Source: Polyangiaceae bacterium (lineage in GTDB: Bacteria > Myxococcota_A > Polyangia > Polyangiales > Polyangiaceae). Taken from it: DNA of 64,000 bases. The notes under the pieces are model-generated. The model had not been told where the DNA came from, did not search any database, and worked only from the letters and a program-made list of their open reading frames with translations. The stretch is from NCBI GenBank assembly GCA_050287085.1, contig JBNKBE010000013.1, forward strand, positions 96,001 to 160,000, written 5' to 3'. Each line of letters opens with the position of its first letter. The stretch's first letter is position 1. Positions 1 to 9,627 of the stretch are shown in pieces. Both the position numbers and the translations under genes were made by a program.

Positions 1-2014
1 TGCCTCCCGCGTCGCCGCCTCCGCGGCCTCGGTGGGCGAGCGGGAACCTGGTTTCGACCCCTCCCGCCCCAAGGTGGTGCCCTACGAAATCTGCCTCGCC
101 CAGGGCGCCGACATCGAGCGGGCCCTGGCCTGCGCGAAACGCGCATTTTCCCACGTTCCGTCCAAGAAGGAACGGCTGGGGTGGCTTGAACGCGCCGCCA
201 ACGCACTCGGCGCAGCCCGAGGTGAACTCATCGCCTGGATGGTCTTGGATTCCGGAAAACGCGTCGTGGAAGCCGATGCAGAAGTCTCAGAAGCAATCGA
301 CTTCGCGAACTACTACCTCCACAGCTATCGACAGCTCAGCCTGGAGGCAGAGCTCGCAGGCCCCCCTGTTGGCGGACGCGGCCCCGTCGTTATAACGCCC
401 CCCTGGAACTTCCCGCTCGCGATTCCGCTCGGGGGCACGTTCGCCGCGCTCGTCGCCGGCAACCCCGTGATTCTCAAACCCGCACTGGAGACACCGCTCG
501 TCGCACAGCGTGCCTGTGAGCTACTGTGGCAGGCTGGTATTCCGGAACAATGGTTGCAGTTTGTCGTATGCCGGGACGAGACAGCCTCTCAGCTGATCAC
601 AGACGCTCGAACGCAAACCGTGGTGTTAACCGGTGCCACGGAAACGGCGCGTCGCTTCCTGGAGATGCGACCGGGTTTGCGACTCCTGGCCGAAACCGGG
701 GGCAAGAATGCACTCTATATCTCCGAGCTTTCGGACCACGAACAGGCTGTGGGGGACATCGTTCGTTCCGCTTTTGGCCACGCCGGACAGAAGTGCAGCG
801 CCCTCAGTCAACTCATTGTCAATCAGGAGCTGTACGACAGTACTTCGTTTCAGAAACTGCTCAGGGATGCAACGACGAGTCTAGTGGTGGGTTCGGCTTG
901 GAGCCTCGACTCTACGATTACCCCGTTGATTCAGCCTCCGTCAGCGCAGCAGCGTGAGGCACTTAGCGTGTTGCTACCGGGCGAAAGCTGGCTGGTGCAG
1001 CCCCGTTTCGATAGCGACAATCCGAGACTCGTCAGTCCTGGTATCAAGTGGGGTGTTGCTCCCGGTAGCAAGACCCACACAACAGAGTTCTTCTGCCCGC
1101 TGCTGGCGGTCCTTCGTGCCGACAACGTCCGCGAGGCGGTCTCGATCGCCAATGCGACCCGCTACGGTCTCACCGCTGGACTCCACAGCTTGGATGAGCG
1201 TGAACAGGAGTACTTCATCGAGCACATTGAAGCGGGCAACCTCTATGTGAATCGCCCCATCACAGGGGCGATCGTGCGCAGACAGCCCTTCGGTGGGTGG
1301 AAGGACTCGTCCTTCGGACCCGGGGCGAAAGCCGGAGGCCCCAACTACGTGGCTCAATTCACGACCTGGCCCGCGCTGAACTTGGCAGATGACGCGCCAT
1401 CCCCGTCGAGTCTCTCGCTCGAACGCTCCCTTCCGACCGACGTAGCGGTACGGCTAGAGCAGCTGAGAGCCTGCGTGCCGGACGCCGAAGCGGAGCGTCT
1501 CACTCAGCTTGCTGCGACGTACTTGCAGGCTCACACGCAGTGCATGGCAAGCGCGGTGGATCCAAGCACGGTGCTGGGCGAGGACAACCTATTTCACTAT
1601 CGTCCCCTTCGGGGCCTCCTGCTCATCACCCAAGACGGCACTCCCGAGCACTGGATCGCAGCGTTCGCTATCGCGGCCAGCATGGTCGAGTGCCCGCTGT
1701 CGCTGCTGCACTACGGCAACCAGCCGAGGAAAGTAGCCACCTGTTTGGGCACCAAACACGCCGTCACGGAGCAAGCTCTCCAGACCGAGCTAGCAAGCAC
1801 CCACGTCGAACGCGTCCGCTCGTTCGATACGCTGCCTGCTAGCGCTCTCTCTATTCTGGCGCAGCGCAACATCGCTTTGCTCGATGGCCCCTTACCCCCG
1901 CTAGCGCGCATGGAGCTGGCGCGCCTAATGCGGGAGCAGTCAGTGAGTGTGCGCTTTCACCGCTATGGGCACCTTGGTCTACGTTCACTACATCTGGCAA
2001 AAGACGACGCCTAG
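1..2014 (+). CDS. putA: Bifunctional proline dehydrogenase/P5C dehydrogenase PutA, C-terminal aldehyde dehydrogenase part (5' end lies outside the window)
   Basis: ALDH motifs PPWNFPLAIP, ETGGKN, AGQKCSA (catalytic Cys), GNLYVNR, RQPFGGWK and GAKAGGPNY typical of PutA; frame is open back to the window edge. Confidence 0.9.
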   Translation, partial: ASRVAASAASVGEREPGFDPSRPKVVPYEICLAQGADIERALACAKRAFSHVPSKKERLGWLERAANALGAARGELIAWMVLDSGKRVVEADAEVSEAIDFANYYLHSYRQLSLEAELAGPPVGGRGPVVITPPWNFPLAIPLGGTFAALVAGNPVILKPALETPLVAQRACELLWQAGIPEQWLQFVVCRDETASQLITDARTQTVVLTGATETARRFLEMRPGLRLLAETGGKNALYISELSDHEQAVGDIVRSAFGHAGQKCSALSQLIVNQELYDSTSFQKLLRDATTSLVVGSAWSLDSTITPLIQPPSAQQREALSVLLPGESWLVQPRFDSDNPRLVSPGIKWGVAPGSKTHTTEFFCPLLAVLRADNVREAVSIANATRYGLTAGLHSLDEREQEYFIEHIEAGNLYVNRPITGAIVRRQPFGGWKDSSFGPGAKAGGPNYVAQFTTWPALNLADDAPSPSSLSLERSLPTDVAVRLEQLRACVPDAEAERLTQLAATYLQAHTQCMASAVDPSTVLGEDNLFHYRPLRGLLLITQDGTPEHWIAAFAIAASMVECPLSLLHYGNQPRKVATCLGTKHAVTEQALQTELASTHVERVRSFDTLPASALSILAQRNIALLDGPLPPLARMELARLMREQSVSVRFHRYGHLGLRSLHLAKDDA

Positions 2015-2042
2015 AAGGTCCGTCCCAGAACGCCGCGTCGCT

Positions 2043-2480
2043 TCAATCGGCTTCTCCGCGCGCGATACGCTCAAACGCTGCGGCAACCTCAGGGGACTTA
2101 TCAACGTGGTGATGAATCACCTTCCATACGCCGTCGATGCGCTCGAGCACGTTCGTGCAGCAAAGGCTGACCCCGCCAAAGGTTGGAGCACTGTGAAACA
2201 TGCAGGTGGTGTAGGCGACGTTGCCATAGACGTTCACCTCCAACGAGGTGATCTTACTGCCCCCCCGATCGGCGCGGCCGAACGAAGCAAGCAACTCCCA
2301 CGTAATTCGCACCTCGTCCCACCCTCTCGCCCAGTCTCCGCTGGGATGCCCGGTGGTCACGCGATCGGTGTGGTGCCAAGCCTCGCTGAGGGCCTCAGAG
2401 CCACCACCACACGTTGCTAATTCGATCGCGGCATATAGCCGTCGCGTCGCCGCCTCTACTTCACGCTCGTCGCTCGTCAC
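2043..2480 (-). CDS. SnoaL/NTF2-like (YybH/DUF4440-type) protein
   Basis: HPSGDWARGWDEV...VYGNVAY...TNVLERIDGVWKVIHHH NTF2-like pattern; GTG at 2480 preceded by AAGGAG. Confidence 0.75.
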   Translation of the reverse strand: MTSDEREVEAATRRLYAAIELATCGGGSEALSEAWHHTDRVTTGHPSGDWARGWDEVRITWELLASFGRADRGGSKITSLEVNVYGNVAYTTCMFHSAPTFGGVSLCCTNVLERIDGVWKVIHHHVDKSPEVAAAFERIARGEAD

Positions 2481-2536
2481 GCCATTCTCCTTGGTTCTCA
2501 AACGTCGTCGCACAAATTCTCTCGTGGGGGGTGGTT

Positions 2537-2890
2537 CTACACAGCATCGATGAACTCCACCCGAGGCATAGCCTTTGCCTCTTCTGCAATGCGCAGAAGT
2601 TGGAGCTTCACCAAGTGACTTCCAACCGTTAGCGAAAGGCTCGTCTGCCCCAAAGAACGCAGCAATAGTGCGAAAGAGGCCTGCCCCTCGTCGCGCATCG
2701 GCTTCATGTCTCGCAAATCCATCCTCAAAGCCCCCTTTGGATGCGTTCTGCATGCGTCGATGACCCTGGGCCCGAACGCCGCCGCCGTTTCCCGGTCCCA
2801 AAACCCCCAGGCTTTCACCTCGACGATGGCGTGAGGCATGATCTGGACGGTAAACCCCGCCCTATCGTCACCAACACGCCCGGACGTCAC
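2537..2890 (-). CDS. Small hypothetical protein, possibly STAS/SpoIIAA-like
   Basis: 117-aa ORF (VEVKAWGFWDRETAAAF...LRMDLRDMKP) with GTG start after GGGGAAG; co-oriented with neighbours. Confidence 0.5.
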   Translation of the reverse strand: MTSGRVGDDRAGFTVQIMPHAIVEVKAWGFWDRETAAAFGPRVIDACRTHPKGALRMDLRDMKPMRDEGQASFALLLRSLGQTSLSLTVGSHLVKLQLLRIAEEAKAMPRVEFIDAV

Positions 2891-3117
2891 AGCTTCCCCG
2901 CTCCGTTGCCCCGGCACGTCGCCGCTCGTATTGTGGTCCCAGCTCGCTTCCTCTGCGCAGTACCTCCATGAATGATCCGACGCCCCCCCATCCGTGTGAG
3001 GCGACAGCCGTCCTCCCCCCTGAACGGTACAGTATCGCAATCCATTAGCCCGCGCCAAGACAGCGACGGCCCCTGCACCGGTCGGCCCATGGTCGCAGCC
3101 CGCTGACTCCAGAACCG

Positions 3118-4338
3118 CTAGTGGGACCGCTCTTCGCCCGCTCCGAGCTCCCGATAGAAGGCCTCCAAGCGCAGGGCCGCCGCTGTCCAACTGTATTTCG
3201 CCACGGCCTGCTGTCGTGCGGCGGTCCCCAAGCGAAGCGCGAGCGCCTCATCCTCGAAGAGCCGACACACCGCACTGGCAAAAGACTCGGCGTCGTCCGC
3301 GATCAGGCCGTGTCTGCCATGCTCGAGCTCGATGCCTTCCGCCCCCAGACTTGTGGAGACGATCGCCTTGCCCTTGGCCATCGCCTCGACGATCTTTAAG
3401 CGAGTGCCGCCGCCCACGCGCAATGGAACAATGACAACCGCTGCGTCATCTATGGCGGCCTGTACGTCGTCGACGAAACCTGCCAGCTTGACCGACGCCC
3501 CCACTCGGCGTTCAACCGGCTCCTTGGCTCCAGGCCCCACGAGGACCAACTCGGCATCCGGGTGTCGGCGCAGTATGAGCGGCAGCACCTGGTCGACGAA
3601 GAACTCGATTCCGTCTTCGTTTGGGTAGTAGCCAAGCACCCCAAAGAATAGAATGCGCTTGGCGATCGGAGCCCTCTCGGCGGGACGAAATTCGTCCACA
3701 TTGGCGGCGTTCGGAACGACACAGGTGCGGGCCTCGGGGCGGTGCTCATGCAGCAAGCGCTGATCCCGTTCAGACGTCAGGACGACGCCATCAAAACGCC
3801 GCCAGGCGCCCAGCTCTTCGCGTCGCAGCTTGCGCCAGTTGACCTCATTGTATACCTTTCTCATACCACTGGCCGCCAGCGCGCTACGCCGCAGCAGGTC
3901 GTACTCGATATTGTGTTCATCCAGGACCAAGCGAGTGCCCGCCTTTCGCTTGGCGAAGTCAAACCCTGCTAGCGTGCAAAACTCCACCTGGATAACATCG
4001 AACGCCGTCTCTTCGAGCAGGGCGTCCAACTTGCTCTGGAAGTCGACGCGGCGGCGCCCCAAGTTGTGCTCGTAGCTGAAGCGAGACGCCAAGGAGCGCA
4101 ACTGGCGCTTGCGCTTGAGGCGAGCGTCCTCAGAGTCCAGATTGTCGTAGGCATACACGGCATGACAATAACTCCGCGTCATGGCCAGGGACGCCACCGC
4201 ATATTCGTCCGTTCTGTTGAACGCCAGCACCGTCACCTCATGACGCTCCGCAAGGCAACGAATGAGCCCGTCGAGCCGGCGCTGACCTCCAAAACGAGGG
4301 GGCGATGGCAAATACGGCGTGATGAAGAGGACGCGCAT
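3118..4338 (-). CDS. Glycosyltransferase family 4
   Basis: MRVLFITPYLPSPPRFGG N-terminus; VVPNAAN; PLRVGGGTRLKIVEAMAKGKAIVSTSLGAEG. Confidence 0.92.
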   Translation of the reverse strand: MRVLFITPYLPSPPRFGGQRRLDGLIRCLAERHEVTVLAFNRTDEYAVASLAMTRSYCHAVYAYDNLDSEDARLKRKRQLRSLASRFSYEHNLGRRRVDFQSKLDALLEETAFDVIQVEFCTLAGFDFAKRKAGTRLVLDEHNIEYDLLRRSALAASGMRKVYNEVNWRKLRREELGAWRRFDGVVLTSERDQRLLHEHRPEARTCVVPNAANVDEFRPAERAPIAKRILFFGVLGYYPNEDGIEFFVDQVLPLILRRHPDAELVLVGPGAKEPVERRVGASVKLAGFVDDVQAAIDDAAVVIVPLRVGGGTRLKIVEAMAKGKAIVSTSLGAEGIELEHGRHGLIADDAESFASAVCRLFEDEALALRLGTAARQQAVAKYSWTAAALRLEAFYRELGAGEERSH

Positions 4339-4451
4339 CGCCGACAGGGTATCAGAAAACCTCGCGCTCGCGGCTAGCACGCACCCCGGCCACAGCCCTA
4401 CCCCGCTGAGCGTCCAGTCGGGGCCTCCAACGCCTGTGAGCCCAAGGGCGC

Positions 4452-5030
4452 TCAGGCAACACGAGGGCTTCGTCCGAGCCGCTCGCGGACCGCAAAACGC
4501 TCCCGGGCGGTCCCTATGAGCGCAGCCGCATGACTCCGGCAGGCGTCCTCCGCTCCGGGGTCCGCCTTGAGAGCATGACACAGAGCAGACGGGAGAAAGT
4601 CGTGACACCCGGCAAGGAAGGCGAAGGGCGCAACCAGCTTCCAAGCCTTCGGCTGCGCGCGCCACAGCGGATCCAAGGCGGCCCCATGGACGTAGCCGCG
4701 CGCAAAGGAACCCCAGGCTCGCGTCTCCTCGGGCTCGGGTACGATCACCTCTCGCGCCGCCAATGCTGCAACCACATCGTCGCGTTGACGAAGTAGCAGC
4801 CCAACAACCCGTCGGTCCGACCGATGGAACGAACGCGCCCGCTCCGAACGCAAGAGGAGCGGAAGCCAGAGGCCCAAACCGGGCCGGCCCGGGGCAATTG
4901 ACACCGCGTGCAACAACCCCAAGACTCCATCGTGGTCGAAGTCGGAGTGCTCGGCGAGCCAGCCGCAGACAACGTCGAGTTCGCGCGCCGTGAGCGGCCG
5001 CGACGTGGCTGCACCGAGGGCACCAGACAT
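4452..5030 (-). CDS. UPF0149/YecA-like protein
   Basis: PLTARELDVV..WL..GLLHAVSIAP...WLPLLL and W.SFARGY pattern resembling the YecA N-terminal domain; ATG at 5030. Confidence 0.6.
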   Translation of the reverse strand: MSGALGAATSRPLTARELDVVCGWLAEHSDFDHDGVLGLLHAVSIAPGRPGLGLWLPLLLRSERARSFHRSDRRVVGLLLRQRDDVVAALAAREVIVPEPEETRAWGSFARGYVHGAALDPLWRAQPKAWKLVAPFAFLAGCHDFLPSALCHALKADPGAEDACRSHAAALIGTARERFAVRERLGRSPRVA

Positions 5031-5083
5031 GCCCTCAACTATCGCCTGAAGAAGCCGACCAGTGCAACGCTCCAGACGAGCCT

Positions 5084-5170
5084 CCAAGCTTTGATCCGAG
5101 GTGCAGAGCGAGCTTGCTCGCTCCCCGCGGTTTCGGTTTCGGCCCGCGGGAGGGGATTCGGTTTCGGGGC
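5084..5170 (-). repeat. Dispersed palindromic repeat, copy 1
   Basis: Reverse complement CCCCGAAACCGAATCCCCTCCCG...GGGGAGCGAGCAAGCTCGCTC...GATCAAAGCTTGG matches 34167-34295 and 53673-53760. Confidence 0.85.
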
Positions 5171-5238
5171 GCCGGCGGTGGCATTGCCGTGCTGAGACCT
5201 GCGCCCGACAACGGGGGCCGCGGTTTCGGGATCGGCGT

Positions 5239-5709
5239 CTAGCGCGGCATTGGCATGACCTTGACCAGCTCACATGCGTCCACGCGCTGACGGTAATAAC
5301 GTCGCAGCCGGCGCTCGATGCGATAGCCGTGTCGCAGGAATAGATCCAACGCGGCCACGTTGAAGTCGGCGGTATGCGCGCTGATGCGAGAGACCCCGCG
5401 CGCCAGTGCCAGCTGCTCCCCGACGGCGAGCAACCGACGGCCGACGCCGCGCCCACGCGCCCCGGTCGAAACCCCAATAGCCAAGAGCTCCGCCCCGTGT
5501 TGTGCAGAGCAGACATCAACAATCACGAGGCCAATGGGTACCTCGCCCGCCACCGCCAAACGCGTGGGGTAGCGCTGGGCCATACGCAACGTGGAAACAC
5601 CCGCAGCTGCTGAGAACTCCGAAAACGCTTCACCCCCCAGGCGCTGCACAAATTCCGCATCGCTGGCGAGGAACGTGCGGAATCCTAGGGTCAATGGCAT
5701 GGTAGACAT
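5239..5709 (-). CDS. GNAT N-acetyltransferase (RimI-like)
   Basis: Acetyl-CoA motif IGVSTGARGRGVGRRLL, N..AL.LF.RHGY, YY...DA. Confidence 0.85.
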   Translation of the reverse strand: MSTMPLTLGFRTFLASDAEFVQRLGGEAFSEFSAAAGVSTLRMAQRYPTRLAVAGEVPIGLVIVDVCSAQHGAELLAIGVSTGARGRGVGRRLLAVGEQLALARGVSRISAHTADFNVAALDLFLRHGYRIERRLRRYYRQRVDACELVKVMPMPR

Positions 5710-6074
5710 TGACGCTTCGGTCGGTGATTGTCATCGGCGAAAGGGCAGGCCCCTTGCCGACGGTCTATGCGAACTTCCCGCCCGCGGCTTGAACTTCCCG
5801 TCCGCTGGCCCTTCGCCGTGATCTGTCGGCGGACCGCATTATGCGGCCTGCTGATAGGTGCGCTGCTCCGGGTATTGGACTGCTCGGCGTGTTGGGCTCG
5901 GGCCGAGGTCGGAGCAGCGTCACGCGGGGCCGCATGACATCGTCACCGTGGGGTCGCTGCGTTCACTCGGTCCCGGACGCTGAGCATCACGCGTCGGTGC
6001 GAACGACGCCGTAGGAAGTATCGTCGCTTGCGCGAGCGCGTCCCAATGACGCCAACGCGCAAGCCCCGGCTCCC

Positions 6075-6250
6075 GTTCTCTCCGATCAGCACCGCTTTGC
6101 CGTCACTCTGCCACTCGCTGCTAGTCTTGGTCCAAGGTTCATAGGACCCGCCATCCCCGTGCATCCAGGGGTAGTAGTGAGTCTGGTGGACATCGAGAAC
6201 AACGCGCGGACGGAAAGAGCCCAGCACCTCCGCCGATGGTTCCACTTCAA
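6075..6250 (-). pseudogene. Possible decayed glycoside hydrolase (GH5-like) C-terminal fragment
   Basis: LDVHQTHYYPWM...YEPW...DGKAVLIGE resembles GH5 strands 6-7 including the nucleophile Glu; LKWN in another frame just upstream; no intact gene. Confidence 0.4.
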
Positions 6251-6440
6251 CCGCGGCGTGCTTGGAGCCGCGGCGGCCAGACCGGGACGCTGCTTGGACA
6301 ACGCAAGGCGCCTGGTCGCCGCGCCCTTGGGCATAGCGATGGTTAGGCCGAGACCCGCGAAGGCGGCGCGAACGCGCGAGAGAATGCTCAGACCGTATAC
6401 TTCTGCCACCGATGACCGGTCATAAGAGCTCGACGGCTAA

Positions 6441-6522
6441 CATGTAACATATGAATATTACATGAACTATTTTCACAGATGCCGCCAGCATCTGTATTCT
6501 CGTGAATACGGATTGTGAATAG
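6441..6522. promoter_or_regulatory. AT-rich palindrome cluster upstream of the TIGR02147 gene
   Basis: CATGTAA-N10-TTACATG (6441-6464), ACAGATGC/GCATCTGT (6475-6495), GTATTC/GAATAC (6494-6509), three TGAATA copies. Confidence 0.55.
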
Positions 6523-6573
6523 AACAGGAACGGAAGGGTGGCGAGAGCCTCGCGCTCATGAAACAGTCGCTGG

Positions 6574-7473
6574 GTGACAGCAACGCCACGCACGCGCTCC
6601 AAATGCCCGGTAGACGTGTTCCTATTCCAAGACTATCGGGAGTTTCTTCGGGCCTACTACAACGCCAAGAAGAGCCGGGGCTTCTCCTATCGCGCTTTCT
6701 CCCGCAAAGCGGCGCTGGGAGCTCCCAACTACCTGAAGCTCGTTATCGAAAACAAACGCAACCTGACGTCAAGTATGGCCGAACGGTTCGCCCAGGCCTG
6801 CGGACTTGGCAGCGAGGCAACACAATACTTCATGGTGTTGGTCGCCTTCAACCAAGCGACAACGGTGCCAGAGCGCACCCAGCACTACCAGAAACTCCGC
6901 AGTTTCAGGCGCTACCGCGCCGCGCAGCGCCTCGACGTCGCCGAGGCCGCTTATCACTCCACGTGGTTTCTGCCCGCGATTCGAGAGCTCGTCCTGTCGC
7001 CTCATTTTCGCGAAGACGGCGAGTGGATCGCCCGCCAGCTCACGCCTCAGATCAAGCCCCAACAAGCACGCCAAGCCATCGATGTCTTGCTATCGCTGGG
7101 CCTGCTGTATCGAACTGATGAAGGACGTTTGCAGCAACAGACCAGCGTCGTCTCTACGGGCTCCCAGACGAACGGACTCCATATTCGAGCCTACCATCAG
7201 CAGATGATGCATCGGGCGATCGAGGCGATGGAGCTTGTTCCCGCGCTCGATCGAGACATCTCGTCGCTGACCTTATGTCTGGATCGCACGGGGCTCGCTG
7301 AACTGAAAGAACGGCTACAGGCGTTCCGCCGCGAGCTCTTGGAGCTTGGCGAGACCGCTCTCGCGCCGAGCCAAGTGGTTCAGCTTAACTTCCAACTATT
7401 CCCGCTAAGCGCCGACACATCTCGCTCGGCGCGACGTGTATCTGTGCAGCAAAGTCCAAAGGAGCACTCATGA
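6574..7473 (+). CDS. TIGR02147 family protein (HTH + DUF4423)
   Basis: DVF.FQDYREFL..YY...FSYRAFSRKA..GAPNYLKLVI..KRNLT, W...AIREL, RDISSLTL, VVQLNFQLFPLS. Confidence 0.9.
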   Translation: MTATPRTRSKCPVDVFLFQDYREFLRAYYNAKKSRGFSYRAFSRKAALGAPNYLKLVIENKRNLTSSMAERFAQACGLGSEATQYFMVLVAFNQATTVPERTQHYQKLRSFRRYRAAQRLDVAEAAYHSTWFLPAIRELVLSPHFREDGEWIARQLTPQIKPQQARQAIDVLLSLGLLYRTDEGRLQQQTSVVSTGSQTNGLHIRAYHQQMMHRAIEAMELVPALDRDISSLTLCLDRTGLAELKERLQAFRRELLELGETALAPSQVVQLNFQLFPLSADTSRSARRVSVQQSPKEHS

Positions 7474-8573
7474 TTTTCCGCCACCACATCAGAAAGCCGG
7501 CAGTCCCCTCATCAAGCCAATGCGTGGCCCGCCCCGGGGCCGCTGAGAAACCTAGGCGAGATGTCCTCGCGACGAGACACAAGTCGCTCGGCCCGATACT
7601 GCTGGCTTGTTCCCTGCTCGGCGGCTGCGGCGCCCAGACCTCCGGCACGGAAACTGGAAACCCACCGGTTGTCACCGAAACCGCCCTGCACCTGAAGCGA
7701 AGCGCCGGTGTGCTCTACGTCGAAGGAAACGAAGGAGCTGTGCAGCCCGAGGCGCAGCTGACCTTGACGAACTCGACGGCCGGGGAAAGCGCGCGGGCTC
7801 AGGCGGATAAGAAGGGATCCTTCGCCCTGGAGATCCCAGCCAAAGCCGGAGACACGGTCGAACTCAGCGTCGAAGTCGAAGGCGAAACAACAACGCTCGA
7901 TCTGAGCGAGGCGGCGGCAAGCGCCGTCGAATCCGAAGCGCCACCTGGCAATAGCCCCACCGCCCAACCATCAGCTTCCCCGACGCCGACGCAATGCGGC
8001 CCGACACTGTGCGAAGCAGGCCTGAGCTGTTGCTCCGAGGCATGCGGCAGCTGTAGCGATGCCATGGGGAATTGCGTCCCCAACGCACTCGACTGTAGCG
8101 AGAACGGCGGCCTTGAAGCCATGAGAAGCTTGTGTTCGGACGCGAGTGGAAGCTCGAATCCCGTAAGTGTATCCCAACTGGCGGGCCGCTGGATCGCCTG
8201 TCCGAGCGACCAGGCACTGCAGTGGGGGGACCTGGTCTCGGAACCCACTGCGGCCCTTGACATTCCTTCAGACGGAACTCGCTTGTTTCGCCTGGTGGAA
8301 CAGGACGGACAGCTGATCGCCGCACCGGAGGACCAAGAGTTTGGAACAATTGAAGAAGCCGGCCAGATCAACGGAACCACAGAACTCGATCTCTATCTAG
8401 GAGTGGATCCGAGCGCCGCCCCGAGAAACTCCGTACTGACCTACGTTGCAGAGTCGCCTCGCAGATTGATACTAATCGGCATCGCTTCTGGCGGCGCCAC
8501 GAGCTCGGTTCAGCAGACTTTCGTTCTAGATCCGTCGGTCGATGTAGACCTGCTGCACGCCGCAGCGCCCTAA
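7470..8573 (+). CDS. Putative lipoprotein with GTETGNP motif and Cys-rich segment
   Basis: ATGA overlap with the upstream gene; hydrophobic stretch then LLGGC lipobox-like site; GTETGNP; CGPTLCEAGLSCC. Confidence 0.7.
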   Translation: MIFRHHIRKPAVPSSSQCVARPGAAEKPRRDVLATRHKSLGPILLACSLLGGCGAQTSGTETGNPPVVTETALHLKRSAGVLYVEGNEGAVQPEAQLTLTNSTAGESARAQADKKGSFALEIPAKAGDTVELSVEVEGETTTLDLSEAAASAVESEAPPGNSPTAQPSASPTPTQCGPTLCEAGLSCCSEACGSCSDAMGNCVPNALDCSENGGLEAMRSLCSDASGSSNPVSVSQLAGRWIACPSDQALQWGDLVSEPTAALDIPSDGTRLFRLVEQDGQLIAAPEDQEFGTIEEAGQINGTTELDLYLGVDPSAAPRNSVLTYVAESPRRLILIGIASGGATSSVQQTFVLDPSVDVDLLHAAAP

Positions 8574-8609
8574 CAGGGCCGGACCGGAGACGGCACTTAT
8601 CGGTAGCAC

Positions 8610-8641
8610 GAGCCCCCCCGCGGCGCGACGCGTGGGGGCTC
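8610..8641. terminator. GC-rich hairpin after the lipoprotein gene
   Basis: GAGCCCCCCCGCG/CGCGTGGGGGCTC, 12 of 13 pairs; no U-tract. Confidence 0.4.
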
Positions 8642-8763
8642 CACACAGAACGCCAGGGCACTCGAGTGTGCATTTGTGCCCTTGGACGGCGAGCCATCCC
8701 GACAAGGCTTCCTTTTTTGCCTTCCAGCCCACTAGTGGCTCGCGTTTGCGATACGCTACGTTC

Positions 8764-9510
8764 ATGTCTCGCGCGTTATCTCTAGTTGTGCGTCTTGTAG
8801 TTCTCGCGCTCCCGGCGGCAAGCGCCTGCGCTCCCCATGCGGTTGTAACTCAGGCCGAAACGCCCCCCGGCATCACCGTGACAGGCGAAGGGGAGGTGCA
8901 CGCGGCGCCGGACATGGCTCGAGTGCGCCTTGGAGTGGAGCAACGCGCGCCTTCCGCACAGGTGGCCATGCAGCTTGCAAACCAGCGCATGACACAGATT
9001 TCAAACGCGGTGCAGGCACACGGCGTCGCGCCGAAGGATCTGCAGACGACGGATCTATCCCTCTACTTCGAGCGAGAGCGGGAGCTGCCAATGCCGGAGG
9101 AGGGTCGCGAAGCGCCGGCCCGAAGCCCTTCCGGAGTCTACGTGGTACGCAACACGCTGGTCGTGTCCGTACGCCAGATCGGGCAGCTCGGCGTCTTGAT
9201 CGGCGCGGCGATGGAAGCCGGCGCCAACCATCTCGACAGTCTCGAGCTCACGCTCGCCGATCCGTCGGCGCTTCAAGACGAAGCACGCAAACGAGCGGTC
9301 GCCGATGCCACGGCGAAAGCCCGCCTGCTAGCACAACAAGCAGGCGTGAAGCTCGGACCGGTACGCAACATCAGCGAGCTTGGAATCGCTCGACCCATGA
9401 TGGCACAGGCGGGTGCGCTGCGGGTCGCCAAAGAATCGGTCGCGGCCATCGAGCAGGGCGAGCTCTCGCTATCACAAAGCGTCCAACTCGTCTTCGCTCT
9501 CGAACACTGA
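8764..9510 (+). CDS. SIMPL domain (DUF541/YggE-like) protein
   Basis: ITVTGEGEV.AAPDMARVRLGV, AGAN, A...AVADA..KA..LA...GVKLG; signal/lipobox ASAC. Confidence 0.9.
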   Translation: MSRALSLVVRLVVLALPAASACAPHAVVTQAETPPGITVTGEGEVHAAPDMARVRLGVEQRAPSAQVAMQLANQRMTQISNAVQAHGVAPKDLQTTDLSLYFERERELPMPEEGREAPARSPSGVYVVRNTLVVSVRQIGQLGVLIGAAMEAGANHLDSLELTLADPSALQDEARKRAVADATAKARLLAQQAGVKLGPVRNISELGIARPMMAQAGALRVAKESVAAIEQGELSLSQSVQLVFALEH

Positions 9511-9525
9511 GCTCTCGAACACTAA
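9496..9525 (+). repeat. 15-bp tandem duplication spanning the SIMPL stop codon
   Basis: GCTCTCGAACACTGA GCTCTCGAACACTAA. Confidence 0.9.
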
Positions 9526-9627
9526 GCCCGGTGGCAACAGCCCCCCGCCGCGATGGTTGAGGACCGTCGCGTGCGCAGGCCCCCATCGCCCCCCGCCCCG
9601 CGTCAGTCCGATTGACAATCCCGCGAA

